From: a virus
Direction: 5' to 3' (one strand)
DNA length: 32,505 bases
Virus record (IMG/VR): IMGVR_UViG_3300027840_000004
Shown: piece by piece, positions 17,218-25,102 of the stretch
Layout: every line of letters starts with the position of its first letter
Numbering within the stretch: position 1 is the stretch's first letter
Notes under the pieces: model-generated
What the model was told of the DNA's origin: nothing
What the model saw: the letters and a program-made list of their open reading frames with translations, nothing else
Databases searched by the model: none
Position numbers and translations under genes: made by a program

Positions 17218-17232
17218 CCACAACTTAACATT
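17205..17232. promoter_or_regulatory. Perfect 10-bp inverted repeat straddling the -35 (candidate operator)
   Basis: AATGTTAAGT, 8 nt, ACTTAACATT. The -35 hexamer lies between and within the arms. Confidence 0.5.
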
Positions 17233-17246
17233 AAATACGATTTATT

Positions 17247-17462
17247 TTATCTTCTTTTCATTGTATAAACTTTTGGTCTTTCAACTTCTTCAAGACTGAT
17301 GTATCTTTTTGAACGATCATCAATCGTTGCTTCAACACAATCGCTACAAAGTTCTTCGATAACTTGTTTTCCAGCTTTTAAAAATGTGAACTTCCACTCT
17401 TTTAAATTATCGCAAGATGATGTTTGGCACTTTTCGTTTTCATCTAGATTTTCTTTGGTCAT
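17247..17462 (-). CDS. Hypothetical Cys-containing small protein
   Basis: A 71-aa ORF with CxxxxC...CxxC spacing, suggestive of a Zn-binding motif. Confidence 0.45.
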   Translation of the reverse strand: MTKENLDENEKCQTSSCDNLKEWKFTFLKAGKQVIEELCSDCVEATIDDRSKRYISLEEVERPKVYTMKRR

Positions 17463-17631
17463 TTGTAATACCCTCCTTTTTCATTCTAATGGCCTGTAAG
17501 CAATGAATTATCAACTCGGTATCAAATATATAAGATACCCCGCTTTCATGCGCTGTATAGTGCTTGTGTCGTGTTATACCCATATTCATTAGCATATGCA
17601 GGAAGTCATCAGTTGTTATTAACTTGCACAC
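17440..17631 (-). CDS. Hypothetical protein (GTG start, weak SD)
   Basis: A 63-aa ORF. Its start is ambiguous. Confidence 0.35.
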   Translation of the reverse strand: MCKLITTDDFLHMLMNMGITRHKHYTAHESGVSYIFDTELIIHCLQAIRMKKEGITNDQRKSR

Positions 17632-17701
17632 GCCATCTTTTTCAAATATGATATGGTCGGTTTCTATTAAGATTAAGTTCGTGGTGGTTCATCTCCTTTT
17701 A

Positions 17702-19147
17702 TTAAAATAGTGGTAATGCTTTTTCTTGGTTTTCCTTCATTTCTTTTTCCGATTCATTATTCCAATATTCTATTCTTGCTTTTGCTATTTCAACATATTC
17801 GGTATTAAGTTCACACGCTTGCCAATTTGTAAAGCCTGCTTTTAGTCCGCCGATGACCTCGCTTCCCGAACCTGCGAATGGGTAGCATATTTTTTGGTCG
17901 TTTGGTGTTTTGAATAGTGATAGGATTTTATTATTTAGGGCGATTGGTTTTAGTGTTGGGTGGTTGTTGATCGCCACGCTATTATTTCGTTGGTAAGGGT
18001 TTTCAATGTCTTTTTCCCTGCCATCGTGCGAATATTGTTTTTCATCGCCTTGACACCCCGCATTCCTTTCACTCTTGCTAACCTTTGGATTATAAAAGTA
18101 TAAGTCGTGGTCTTCTTGTTCGTAGTTGCATTTGTGTAGGATTTTAGAACAACCAGCAATATTGCCATAACCTCGGCTAACTTGTTGTGAATTGCCTGTT
18201 GTCCATATTCCGCCATTTCCACCACCAACTGAATTATTACCCTTACTAATCCCGCTCTGTCTATCTAACACTTCTGCCGTTAAGTCGTTGCAGAATGTTT
18301 GGGCTGGGTATCTGCCATCTGGTTGTATAAACTTGTCTTTAATATACCTTTGACCGCCACCGTAAAACTCTGCTAATTTACTTTTACCTTCTTTGTTTTG
18401 ATAAGTTCCACCGTTAAGATTATCACTCGTTTCCACTCTATTCCCATCTATATCAAACGCTCCACAACAACAAGTATCATCTCCGTTTTCATAAGCTAGT
18501 GTATCGTGTAAACAACTACCCGTCTTATAAGGCTTCTGAAATACCATTATTGTTTCGTTAGTTTGTTTTAGTGGAGATATAGAGTATTTATAACCTTCAT
18601 ATTTTTTAGCAAGGTCGGTTGAGGGTGCTGTTAATAATCCTTGTGTATTTTCTTTTTTTTCTTTATTACCTGCATAACCAGTAATGTCGCCATTTGGTCT
18701 TCTTTCACTCCATTTTTTTCCATCAGGAGTTTTCTTTTCGCCCGTAACTTCTCTTTCAGCACCCGCATTTTTATCTATCTGTTTACTTAAATCAGTTGCC
18801 TTTGGAAAGTTACTTATAAAATACCAATACAAACTTTGTTGTTCAGTAAACCCTGCTAAATTAGCATAATACTTAAACAATAGTAATTGTCTGTCCATAC
18901 CATACATCACGCAGTAGCCACCGTGTTTAAGTGTTCTAAACGCCTCTTTGAACCATTGTTCCCAGTACTCGCCCGTTGGCATTTCCCACTTATTCATAAA
19001 GTCGTTTGCTTTCTTATAATCTACTTTGCCATCAGGTCTTATAATAACCTCACTGCCCAAGGCATATGGCGGGTCAGAAAAGTTTATATCAAACTCAAAG
19101 TCCGCCTTGCTTCTTAAATATTCTAAACTATCTTTTGTTTCTATCAT
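17702..19147 (-). CDS. Beta-class N6-adenine/N4-cytosine DNA methyltransferase with a large central insertion
   Basis: Motif IV (SDPPY) lies near the N-terminus. NHPTLKPIAL and motif I (YPFAGSGSE) lie near the C-terminus, which is the N6_N4_Mtase order. About 250 aa of Gly/Asn-rich insertion separates them. Confidence 0.8.
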   Translation of the reverse strand: MIETKDSLEYLRSKADFEFDINFSDPPYALGSEVIIRPDGKVDYKKANDFMNKWEMPTGEYWEQWFKEAFRTLKHGGYCVMYGMDRQLLLFKYYANLAGFTEQQSLYWYFISNFPKATDLSKQIDKNAGAEREVTGEKKTPDGKKWSERRPNGDITGYAGNKEKKENTQGLLTAPSTDLAKKYEGYKYSISPLKQTNETIMVFQKPYKTGSCLHDTLAYENGDDTCCCGAFDIDGNRVETSDNLNGGTYQNKEGKSKLAEFYGGGQRYIKDKFIQPDGRYPAQTFCNDLTAEVLDRQSGISKGNNSVGGGNGGIWTTGNSQQVSRGYGNIAGCSKILHKCNYEQEDHDLYFYNPKVSKSERNAGCQGDEKQYSHDGREKDIENPYQRNNSVAINNHPTLKPIALNNKILSLFKTPNDQKICYPFAGSGSEVIGGLKAGFTNWQACELNTEYVEIAKARIEYWNNESEKEMKENQEKALPLF

Positions 19148-19355
19148 ATAATGTTACTTTCTCTCTTTCTTCGATTTCACGATCAAACTTAACTCGTTCA
19201 ATCATCTCTACCAACTGCAATAGTCGGTCTTTCGTGTTTATCTTGTATTCGTATAATACCTTACCGCATAAATCGCATATATCTATTTCCTTGCAGTCAA
19301 CTAATTTGTATTTATATTTTGCCTCGTGTGTTTCACATAAGTAGCATTTAGTCAT
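19128..19355 (-). CDS. Hypothetical Zn-ribbon-like protein
   Basis: A 75-aa ORF containing CYLC...CDLC. Confidence 0.45.
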   Translation of the reverse strand: MTKCYLCETHEAKYKYKLVDCKEIDICDLCGKVLYEYKINTKDRLLQLVEMIERVKFDREIEEREKVTLYDRNKR

Positions 19356-19511
19356 TTATTTACCATTTTTATTAGTGGTTAAATCTAATATTTCTATAAA
19401 TATTAAACTCAACATACATATTATCGTGCTTTCAAAACCAGTGAGATAAGATAATCCTGTAAAGAGAAAACAAGCAAGCATATAACCAGTAAGTTTTATT
19501 ACAAAATCCAT
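19356..19511 (-). CDS. Small membrane protein (51 aa, 2 predicted TM segments)
   Basis: It falls below the track cutoff. It translates as MDFVIKLTGYMLACFLFTGLSYLTGFESTIICMLSLIFIEILDLTTNKNGK. The SD is GGAGAG. Confidence 0.45.
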   Translation of the reverse strand: MDFVIKLTGYMLACFLFTGLSYLTGFESTIICMLSLIFIEILDLTTNKNGK

Positions 19512-19596
19512 TTTATCTCTCCTTTTCCATACCGTTTATAATGTCGCAAAGTTCGTTGAGTTTATTTGCTAATTTTATTTTTTCACTCATTCTCAA

Positions 19597-19830
19597 TCAC
19601 TCTCCTAACTTTTCTACAAGTCCTGCTTGGATTAGATCGAACAGTGCTTCTAATTCAAACGTTGCCTTACAAGCATTTAAACTTATATTTCTGTGTTCAT
19701 TTATAAATATTGTAGTTGTATCAATTTGTTTTAAAAAACAATTATAATAACTACTTTCTTTATCTCTATAATATCTAAATCCTAATTCTTCAAGTTGTTC
19801 TATTTTTACATTATATTTTATCTTTAACAT
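19597..19830 (-). CDS. Hypothetical protein
   Basis: A 77-aa ORF packed within the operon. Confidence 0.5.
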   Translation of the reverse strand: MLKIKYNVKIEQLEELGFRYYRDKESSYYNCFLKQIDTTTIFINEHRNISLNACKATFELEALFDLIQAGLVEKLGE

Positions 19831-20097
19831 CTACTCAACCTCCTTAATATTGTGTTTTTGTACAAATGACTTTTCCATTTCTTCCATTTCTAGTTGTAAT
19901 AATTTCATATTTGGTATTTTCAATAATAAGTTTTTAGCATATAGTTTTTCCCACATCTTCTTATAAACATCTTCTTGGTCTTGGTATTTTTCTAGGATTT
20001 TAAATACATCTTCAAGTTGAACTATTTTTGTATAGAAGTTTTCGTTATATGCTTCTTGTTCGATATTTTTCTTAATCTCATCTATAATGTTATTCAT
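19831..20097 (-). CDS. Hypothetical protein
   Basis: An 88-aa ORF abutting its neighbours. Confidence 0.5.
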   Translation of the reverse strand: MNNIIDEIKKNIEQEAYNENFYTKIVQLEDVFKILEKYQDQEDVYKKMWEKLYAKNLLLKIPNMKLLQLEMEEMEKSFVQKHNIKEVE

Positions 20098-20536
20098 TAT
20101 TTACCTCCTTGTCGTGAATTGTTCCTATTACTTCAAATAATTTTCCTTCATCATTTGGGATTGATACTAACCAACTACTATGACTAGCATATTTATTTGT
20201 ACCTTTAATTGTTTCAAAATAGAAACCTGTATTTTTAAACGATATAATTCCTTTTTCATTTGCTATAAAATAACCATAGTCTTGTTTACCGCTTGGTTCA
20301 TAAATATAATCAACAATATCTCCCTCATAAATTTCTTTACCATTCTTATCAAGTAGTCCTGTAAATTGTCCTAGTGTTTCAGGTTCTATCGTAAAATATA
20401 AAGATGGGTAGTCCTCAGTATGAGGAAACATATTGCAAAATTGTTTTTCGTTTGATGTTGGAAAACCATAAACCCATACACCGTCGTTTATACACTCGCA
20501 GTTTTTTGTTTTTGCTCTAAACTTAATTTCCCTCAT
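20090..20536 (-). CDS. YopX family protein
   Basis: MREIKFRAKTK...WVYG...TLGQFTGLLDKNGKEIYEGDIV is the classic YopX signature. Confidence 0.85.
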   Translation of the reverse strand: MREIKFRAKTKNCECINDGVWVYGFPTSNEKQFCNMFPHTEDYPSLYFTIEPETLGQFTGLLDKNGKEIYEGDIVDYIYEPSGKQDYGYFIANEKGIISFKNTGFYFETIKGTNKYASHSSWLVSIPNDEGKLFEVIGTIHDKEVNNE

Positions 20537-20736
20537 TCGTTTTCACTTGTCCTTTCAATGATTTTAAATATAATATATGACAAAACTTCTAGTGGTAAAA
20601 ATAATATATCTAATATCAATAACGGTATGCATAATATTGTTTTTAAAATATAAATAAACATTCCGTAGGAACTTAAATCACTAAATGTATAATAACCCAA
20701 ATTGTTTAAATCACTTAATACGCTTTTGAATATCAT
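20533..20736 (-). CDS. Small membrane protein
   Basis: A 67-aa ORF with a hydrophobic core (ILKTILCIPLLILDILFLPLEVLSYIIF). Confidence 0.5.
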   Translation of the reverse strand: MIFKSVLSDLNNLGYYTFSDLSSYGMFIYILKTILCIPLLILDILFLPLEVLSYIIFKIIERTSENE

Positions 20737-21326
20737 TCTTTCCCCTCCAATTTGTTTAAAATTTCTTGATAAAACGGTCTTCCCATCGAATATAAAGTTT
20801 CAGGTGTTCCTCCAAAGCAATTGTTTTGAACCATTATTGATTTTGTTTCTTCACATCTATTTTTAACAAACTCAATCAATTCCTGCTTTTCTTTTTCTTT
20901 AACATATAATTCGGATTTTAAATCTGCAATTTGTTTCATTAAATCTAACGTTGGTCGCATTTTGATTTCTATTTCTTTTGCTTGTTCATCTTTTTCAATA
21001 ATTTTTTTACCAATTAACATATCGCATTTTATTTGTAATTTTTCATTTTCTTTTTTCAATTTATTAACTGAAAACTCGGATGATGCCACAAATGCTTTTG
21101 CAATTTCGTAATTATTTTTCAATTTATTCTCCACTTCATCACGTGCATTTTGAAGCATAACATAATCGGCTTTCAATCGCTCGTTCTCTTGTTGGAGTTG
21201 ATTAGCACCATCAATCAATATTGTTAAACTTTTTGGGTGTAATACATCTTCTGGATAATATGTAGCACTTTTGATATTGTCATATTCCTTGTTTAATTCA
21301 TTTAATACTTCATTAAATTCTTTCAC
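20733..21326 (-). CDS. Coiled-coil hypothetical protein
   Basis: A 197-aa ORF with E/K/L-rich heptads. The GTG start overlaps the upstream stop (GTGA). Confidence 0.5.
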   Translation of the reverse strand: MKEFNEVLNELNKEYDNIKSATYYPEDVLHPKSLTILIDGANQLQQENERLKADYVMLQNARDEVENKLKNNYEIAKAFVASSEFSVNKLKKENEKLQIKCDMLIGKKIIEKDEQAKEIEIKMRPTLDLMKQIADLKSELYVKEKEKQELIEFVKNRCEETKSIMVQNNCFGGTPETLYSMGRPFYQEILNKLEGKE

Positions 21327-21520
21327 TTTCTCATCTTCCTTTCTAATTTCCTAATCTTCATATTTATAAGCATTTTACCAAACTCGCTAGCAAACGCTCT
21401 TTGTCGTTCTAGGTCGAATATTTGTAGGTGGATCGTTTTAATCATCTTCTTCATTTATTCCTACCAATATGGCAAGTATTCCAAAAGCTGCTATAAGTAT
21501 AAATACAATTATTTTGCCTG

Positions 21521-21673
21521 TCATTTATGCTTTACGACCTCCTTGACCGGTTTTAATATAATTTCCTTGTCATTGTACTCCATTGTCATTTCGTGTCCGT
21601 TGGCGTCCGTAAACACCTTTGGAATGCGTATTTTTCGTGTTGTCTTTTCTGCCTTGACTATTTTTTTAAACAT
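21521..21673 (-). CDS. AbrB/SpoVT-like small DNA-binding protein (50 aa)
   Basis: It falls below the track cutoff. It translates as MFKKIVKAEKTTRKIRIPKVFTDANGHEMTMEYNDKEIILKPVKEVVKHK. IRIPK...IILKP resembles the looped-hinge-helix motif. Confidence 0.45.
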   Translation of the reverse strand: MFKKIVKAEKTTRKIRIPKVFTDANGHEMTMEYNDKEIILKPVKEVVKHK

Positions 21674-21676
21674 ATT

Positions 21677-21928
21677 TTAATCAATCCCCCTCCTGTGATA
21701 ATTTTGATCTTCGGTGTCTTTGTAAATTCTTCTTTCCTCGTCGTCTTTTGCTTGTTCTTTTGCCTCGTCAATATCAGCTTGTAATTTGTAAATGATGTCC
21801 ATTGCCATATCAATAACCTCATCAATAGTAATTAAATCCTTGTCCCAACTTTCCAATAATACCTCTTTTGATATTTTATTAAGTTTTTGTAGTTGTTCTT
21901 CTTCTTTTAAATTAAATAATAAATTCAT
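21677..21928 (-). CDS. Hypothetical acidic protein
   Basis: An 83-aa ORF. Confidence 0.5.
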   Translation of the reverse strand: MNLLFNLKEEEQLQKLNKISKEVLLESWDKDLITIDEVIDMAMDIIYKLQADIDEAKEQAKDDEERRIYKDTEDQNYHRRGID

Positions 21929-22193
21929 ATTTACTAATCTCCTCTCCTAATTTGTTCGTAAGTCTTGTGTACTCGGTTCTTAATTCAACGAACCTTGCAA
22001 TTTCTAATAACATAATTGTAAATAGTACGATACATAATCCTAACACAATTAAACCTCCCAACCTTTCATTTCAATTAACTTGCGTGAATATCGTAGTTGC
22101 TTTCTATATTTATAAAGAGCAAATTCAGTTTTAAACTCTTTTATAAATTCCTTGTTTGTAGTCATATCTAATAACTTAATTCTTAAACTCATT

Positions 22194-22466
22194 TTATCTC
22201 GCCCCCAATACTTGCTCGCAATAATCTTGCGAATTAGTTTTCAAACAATTTTCTATAGCGTCCTTTGTTGAATAATGCGAAATAATTAAAACACCAACTA
22301 CAAATATAATTCCGATAAAAACCATTTCTACAAATGTTTTAATTCTTTCTTTCTCATCAATTTGCTTTTGGATTTTTAATCCTGTACGTAGCGCCTTGCT
22401 TCTTGCTTTAAATAATGCGTTTGACACCTCGTGTCTTTCGTCAATAATTTGTTGTAATGTTTTCAT
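22194..22466 (-). CDS. Hypothetical membrane protein
   Basis: A 90-aa ORF with a central TM segment (FVEMVFIGIIFVVGVLIISHY). Confidence 0.5.
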   Translation of the reverse strand: MKTLQQIIDERHEVSNALFKARSKALRTGLKIQKQIDEKERIKTFVEMVFIGIIFVVGVLIISHYSTKDAIENCLKTNSQDYCEQVLGAR

Positions 22467-22467
22467 A

Positions 22468-22680
22468 TTATTTACTCTCCTTTTCTATATAAATCCAATA
22501 TTTATTATTTAAATGTTCGTTATGTTCAATGTTTTTTTCATTTAATAAAGATAATACATTGAATTGGTCTTCTTTTTTAATTTCTACATAAATTTTTTTT
22601 TCGCTTTTAAAGTTTTCTAATTCTTTTAGTTCAATTTTTAATTGATATTTTATAAAATCTAATAATTCTTGTTTTTTCAT
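22468..22680 (-). CDS. First early gene, hypothetical
   Basis: The ATG at 22680 follows the SD AGAGGGA. The track's upstream start is a TTG without an SD. Confidence 0.5.
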   Translation of the reverse strand: MKKQELLDFIKYQLKIELKELENFKSEKKIYVEIKKEDQFNVLSLLNEKNIEHNEHLNNKYWIYIEKESK

Positions 22681-22715
22681 TTTATTTCCCTCTTTCTTTC
22701 TTGCCAACTCTTTGG

Positions 22716-22744
22716 TTGACTGTCTTAATTATAGCACCTATAAT
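22716..22744 (+). promoter_or_regulatory. Opposing near-consensus promoter interleaved with the early promoter
   Basis: On the plus strand: TTGACT (22716-22721), 17 nt, TATAAT (22739-22744). It would transcribe antisense into the 3' end of the lysin gene. Confidence 0.5.
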
Positions 22745-22756
22745 AGCACTTGTCAA
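22728..22756 (-). promoter_or_regulatory. Perfect-consensus sigma-70 early promoter
   Basis: On the minus strand: TTGACA (22751-22756), 17 nt, TATAAT (22728-22733). It lies at the boundary between the lysis genes and the early genes. Confidence 0.8.
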
Positions 22757-22816
22757 CTACTAATTTTATTTATTTTTTACTTTACATTTTGGCATAGAAA
22801 AAGACTAGTATTTCAA

Positions 22817-23644
22817 CTAATCTTCCTTTATATATAAGACATCTCCCTTTTTGATTATTATATGATATAGTTTTGTTTTTTTACTTGTAAATATTTGTTT
22901 CGGCATATTTGCAACTTGCAATTCGCACAAATGTAATTTATCTTGCAACGCCGTTTTTTCCTGCGTCTGTTTAATAACAATTGCGTTTAACTCGTCGATC
23001 GTTTTTGTTTGCTCACTTTCAATATGCTTGTATCGGTCTAATTCCTTACTTAATAACCTTTTTTCCTCACTTTTAGCAACTATCTCACTTGATAACATCT
23101 CATTAGTGCGCTTATATGCCTCTAATTCTTGTTTTAACGCCTCTATCTGCTTTGTTAAGTCATTTATAGTACTAGCACTAGGTTCGTTGTTAAAGTCGCT
23201 TAAATCGGTTAATTTAGTGGTTTTAGAGTATACTACTATAACATAGTTTCCATAACCAGTCGGCGAATTGCCAACTGCGACTACTAATCCAGGATATGAT
23301 CTATTCCAAACTAATTGTCGGCTGTTTTTTATTCCGTTGATAATGTCGTACGCATAATGGTTTTCATAGCCTAACCAATTTGTCGTGATTTTCGTTTTAC
23401 CATTTTCCCAAATATCGTTGCTTATGAAATACTCACATTCTTGCTTGTTCGGTTTATAAATATCTTTCATACTAGCCAAAGTCCACGATTTTGTCATTAT
23501 GCCCTCAATGACCATTAAGTGCAAATGAACCCCATTAGATTTGCCTGTATTACCCTCTATACCGATTTTATCGCCGTATTTGAGTGTTTGTCCAAGTTTC
23601 GCATTTACACTATTTAAATGCCCGTATAACACACTATAAATCAT
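22817..23644 (-). CDS. M23 (LytM-type) peptidase lysin with permuted motif order, plus a coiled-coil C-terminal half
   Basis: YGHL...GNTGKSNGVHLHL (residues 7-43) precedes HYAYD (96-100) and GLVVAVGNSPTGYGNYVIVVY (119-139). This is the reverse of the canonical order HxxxD ... GYGN ... Y.HL ... HxH. A strong SD AAAGGAGG is present, and the gene sits next to the holin gene. Confidence 0.7.
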   Translation of the reverse strand: MIYSVLYGHLNSVNAKLGQTLKYGDKIGIEGNTGKSNGVHLHLMVIEGIMTKSWTLASMKDIYKPNKQECEYFISNDIWENGKTKITTNWLGYENHYAYDIINGIKNSRQLVWNRSYPGLVVAVGNSPTGYGNYVIVVYSKTTKLTDLSDFNNEPSASTINDLTKQIEALKQELEAYKRTNEMLSSEIVAKSEEKRLLSKELDRYKHIESEQTKTIDELNAIVIKQTQEKTALQDKLHLCELQVANMPKQIFTSKKTKLYHIIIKKGDVLYIKED

Positions 23645-23774
23645 ATGTTCCTCCTTTTGTTGACAAATCTACTTATAAAAAGAATTTTGTCCGTAAGTTT
23701 GCCAATATATCATAACTTATTTTGTAACTTTTTATGCAATTTAGGAATTGTATTCCCAATTTACATAACTTTTG

Positions 23775-23811
23775 ACAAAAAATGCACAAAATATTCAAAA
23801 GTTGTGCATTC
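23775..23811 (-). terminator. Intrinsic terminator between the holin and lysin genes
   Basis: On the minus strand: AATGCACAA, a 12-nt loop, TTGTGCATT, followed by TTTTT. Confidence 0.7.
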
Positions 23812-23820
23812 TATGTCAGT

Positions 23821-24201
23821 TTAATATTTTATTTCAGTAATTTCTTCTTCTAATTCGTCATCAATCTCTTGCTCAATCTCTTTTATCATTTTCTCAACTT
23901 GTAAAATGTCTTTCAGATTAAGCAATGCTTTTCCAACATACATTACAATTGCCGATTTGATAAGCAAGTCAGGTGCAAGTTCTATATCGCCAACACTTAC
24001 TAATCCAAATATCTTATCATACACAACCGCAGTTGCAATGAATGAATATGAAATAATAAATGCTTTACCAATTCCGATTAACAATTTTTTCAAGTCAAAT
24101 TTATAACTCATTGTTTCTAAATTGAAATATAGTCCCGTCATAATGTTCGCCGAAATTGCGATGAATAAATATGGTAGTAAATCTAATATTATTTTAATCA
24201 T
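23821..24201 (-). CDS. Holin (LL-H / Phage_holin_4-like, 3 TM segments, acidic C-tail)
   Basis: A 126-aa ORF with three hydrophobic segments and the C-terminal EIEQEIDDELEEEITEIKY. It lies upstream of the lysin gene. Confidence 0.7.
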   Translation of the reverse strand: MIKIILDLLPYLFIAISANIMTGLYFNLETMSYKFDLKKLLIGIGKAFIISYSFIATAVVYDKIFGLVSVGDIELAPDLLIKSAIVMYVGKALLNLKDILQVEKMIKEIEQEIDDELEEEITEIKY

Positions 24202-24210
24202 AAATCCTCC

Positions 24211-24993
24211 TTATAAATAAGCACATACTGCTTTGATTATCAATGGTGATAAAGAACCAGCTGCTATCAAGTTAGCTCCGTTTGTTCCAGTTGTTCTTGA
24301 TAAAAAATAGTATGTTGTTTTAGATGCTAAGATAACTGGTTTTACTTTATATAATTGGTTATACATATCCAGCGTTGCAGAAGCACCACTCATTCCCGAA
24401 AATGTTGTAAATTCTGTATCGCTTTCACTATTATTTGCAGTTGATAAAGTCGCTTGATATCTCATTGTTGTTTGCGCTGCTGTTGTCGACATTGCAACTG
24501 GCGCTTCAAAACTAACATTCCAATTTCCTATTGGTATTGAAATTGTTGTTGTTCCTAAATTATACCAAACATTTTGTGTCGGCGTTGCTTGAGAAATATT
24601 ACTTGTTATTTTTGTAATTACACTCCATTTATTAGGGTTCATTGGAAATCCTTGTGGCGCTTTCCCTGCACTAAACCATACACTCGTAATCGCTGTGTTT
24701 GTAAGTGTGTAGTCAGTTCCACCATACATAGTTACGTAAATATCACTACCAACTAATTGTGTTGCTGTAATTATAAAGTATTTATAACTCGCACCTTGTA
24801 GTACCCTTACTTTCATACCTATACTTATGTCATCAATAAAATCATTGTTAAGTATCATTATAAATGTAGGCGCGTCAGCACTTGAATAACTTGCCGTCCA
24901 CTGACTTGACATTTTAGTCCAACCGCCCGCAAACATATTCATCGCTATTTGGTCAATCGGCGTATTTGTACTTGGTTCATTTTCCCAAAACAT
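24211..24993 (-). CDS. Tail fibre / receptor-binding candidate
   Basis: The N-terminal W.N.PSTNTPIDQIAMNM resembles the TPI.A..LN motif of XkdV-like fibre proteins. It is the last structural gene before the lysis genes. Confidence 0.45.
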   Translation of the reverse strand: MFWENEPSTNTPIDQIAMNMFAGGWTKMSSQWTASYSSADAPTFIMILNNDFIDDISIGMKVRVLQGASYKYFIITATQLVGSDIYVTMYGGTDYTLTNTAITSVWFSAGKAPQGFPMNPNKWSVITKITSNISQATPTQNVWYNLGTTTISIPIGNWNVSFEAPVAMSTTAAQTTMRYQATLSTANNSESDTEFTTFSGMSGASATLDMYNQLYKVKPVILASKTTYYFLSRTTGTNGANLIAAGSLSPLIIKAVCAYL

Positions 24994-25102
24994 ATAATCA
25001 TCTCCTTATCTATGTTTTCCGCAACGGATACAAACATTGTTTATATCGTATAAATGCCCGAACAATAAACATTGTAAATTGAACGCTAGCATTGCGAATG
25101 GT

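Noticed and set aside
17632-17701. A possible frameshift or recoding site upstream of the 63-aa ORF. An SD AAAGGAG directly abuts an ATG that opens only a 16-codon frame, while the longer frame has only a weak GTG start.
   Set aside because: No slippery sequence is evident and the SD-to-ATG spacing is essentially zero. It is more likely an ambiguous start or a short leader peptide, and there is not enough evidence to call recoding.
17950-18228. A minus-strand 92-aa ORF nested inside the amino-methyltransferase gene.
   Set aside because: It sits in a different frame of a gene whose conserved motifs span the region. It has no SD and is a likely chance ORF.
23645-23820. A search for a promoter for the lysin gene in the holin-lysin gap.
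   Set aside because: The candidate hexamer pairs (TTGCAT...TATGAT, TTGTCA...TACAAT) have 19-20 nt spacers. Only the terminator is convincing, so no promoter is reported.
25010-25102. A 28-aa minus-strand ORF (MLAFNLQCLLFGHLYDINNVCIRCGKHR) in the gap between the 136-aa and 260-aa tail-region genes.
   Set aside because: No SD is present upstream of its ATG, and it is too short to evaluate.
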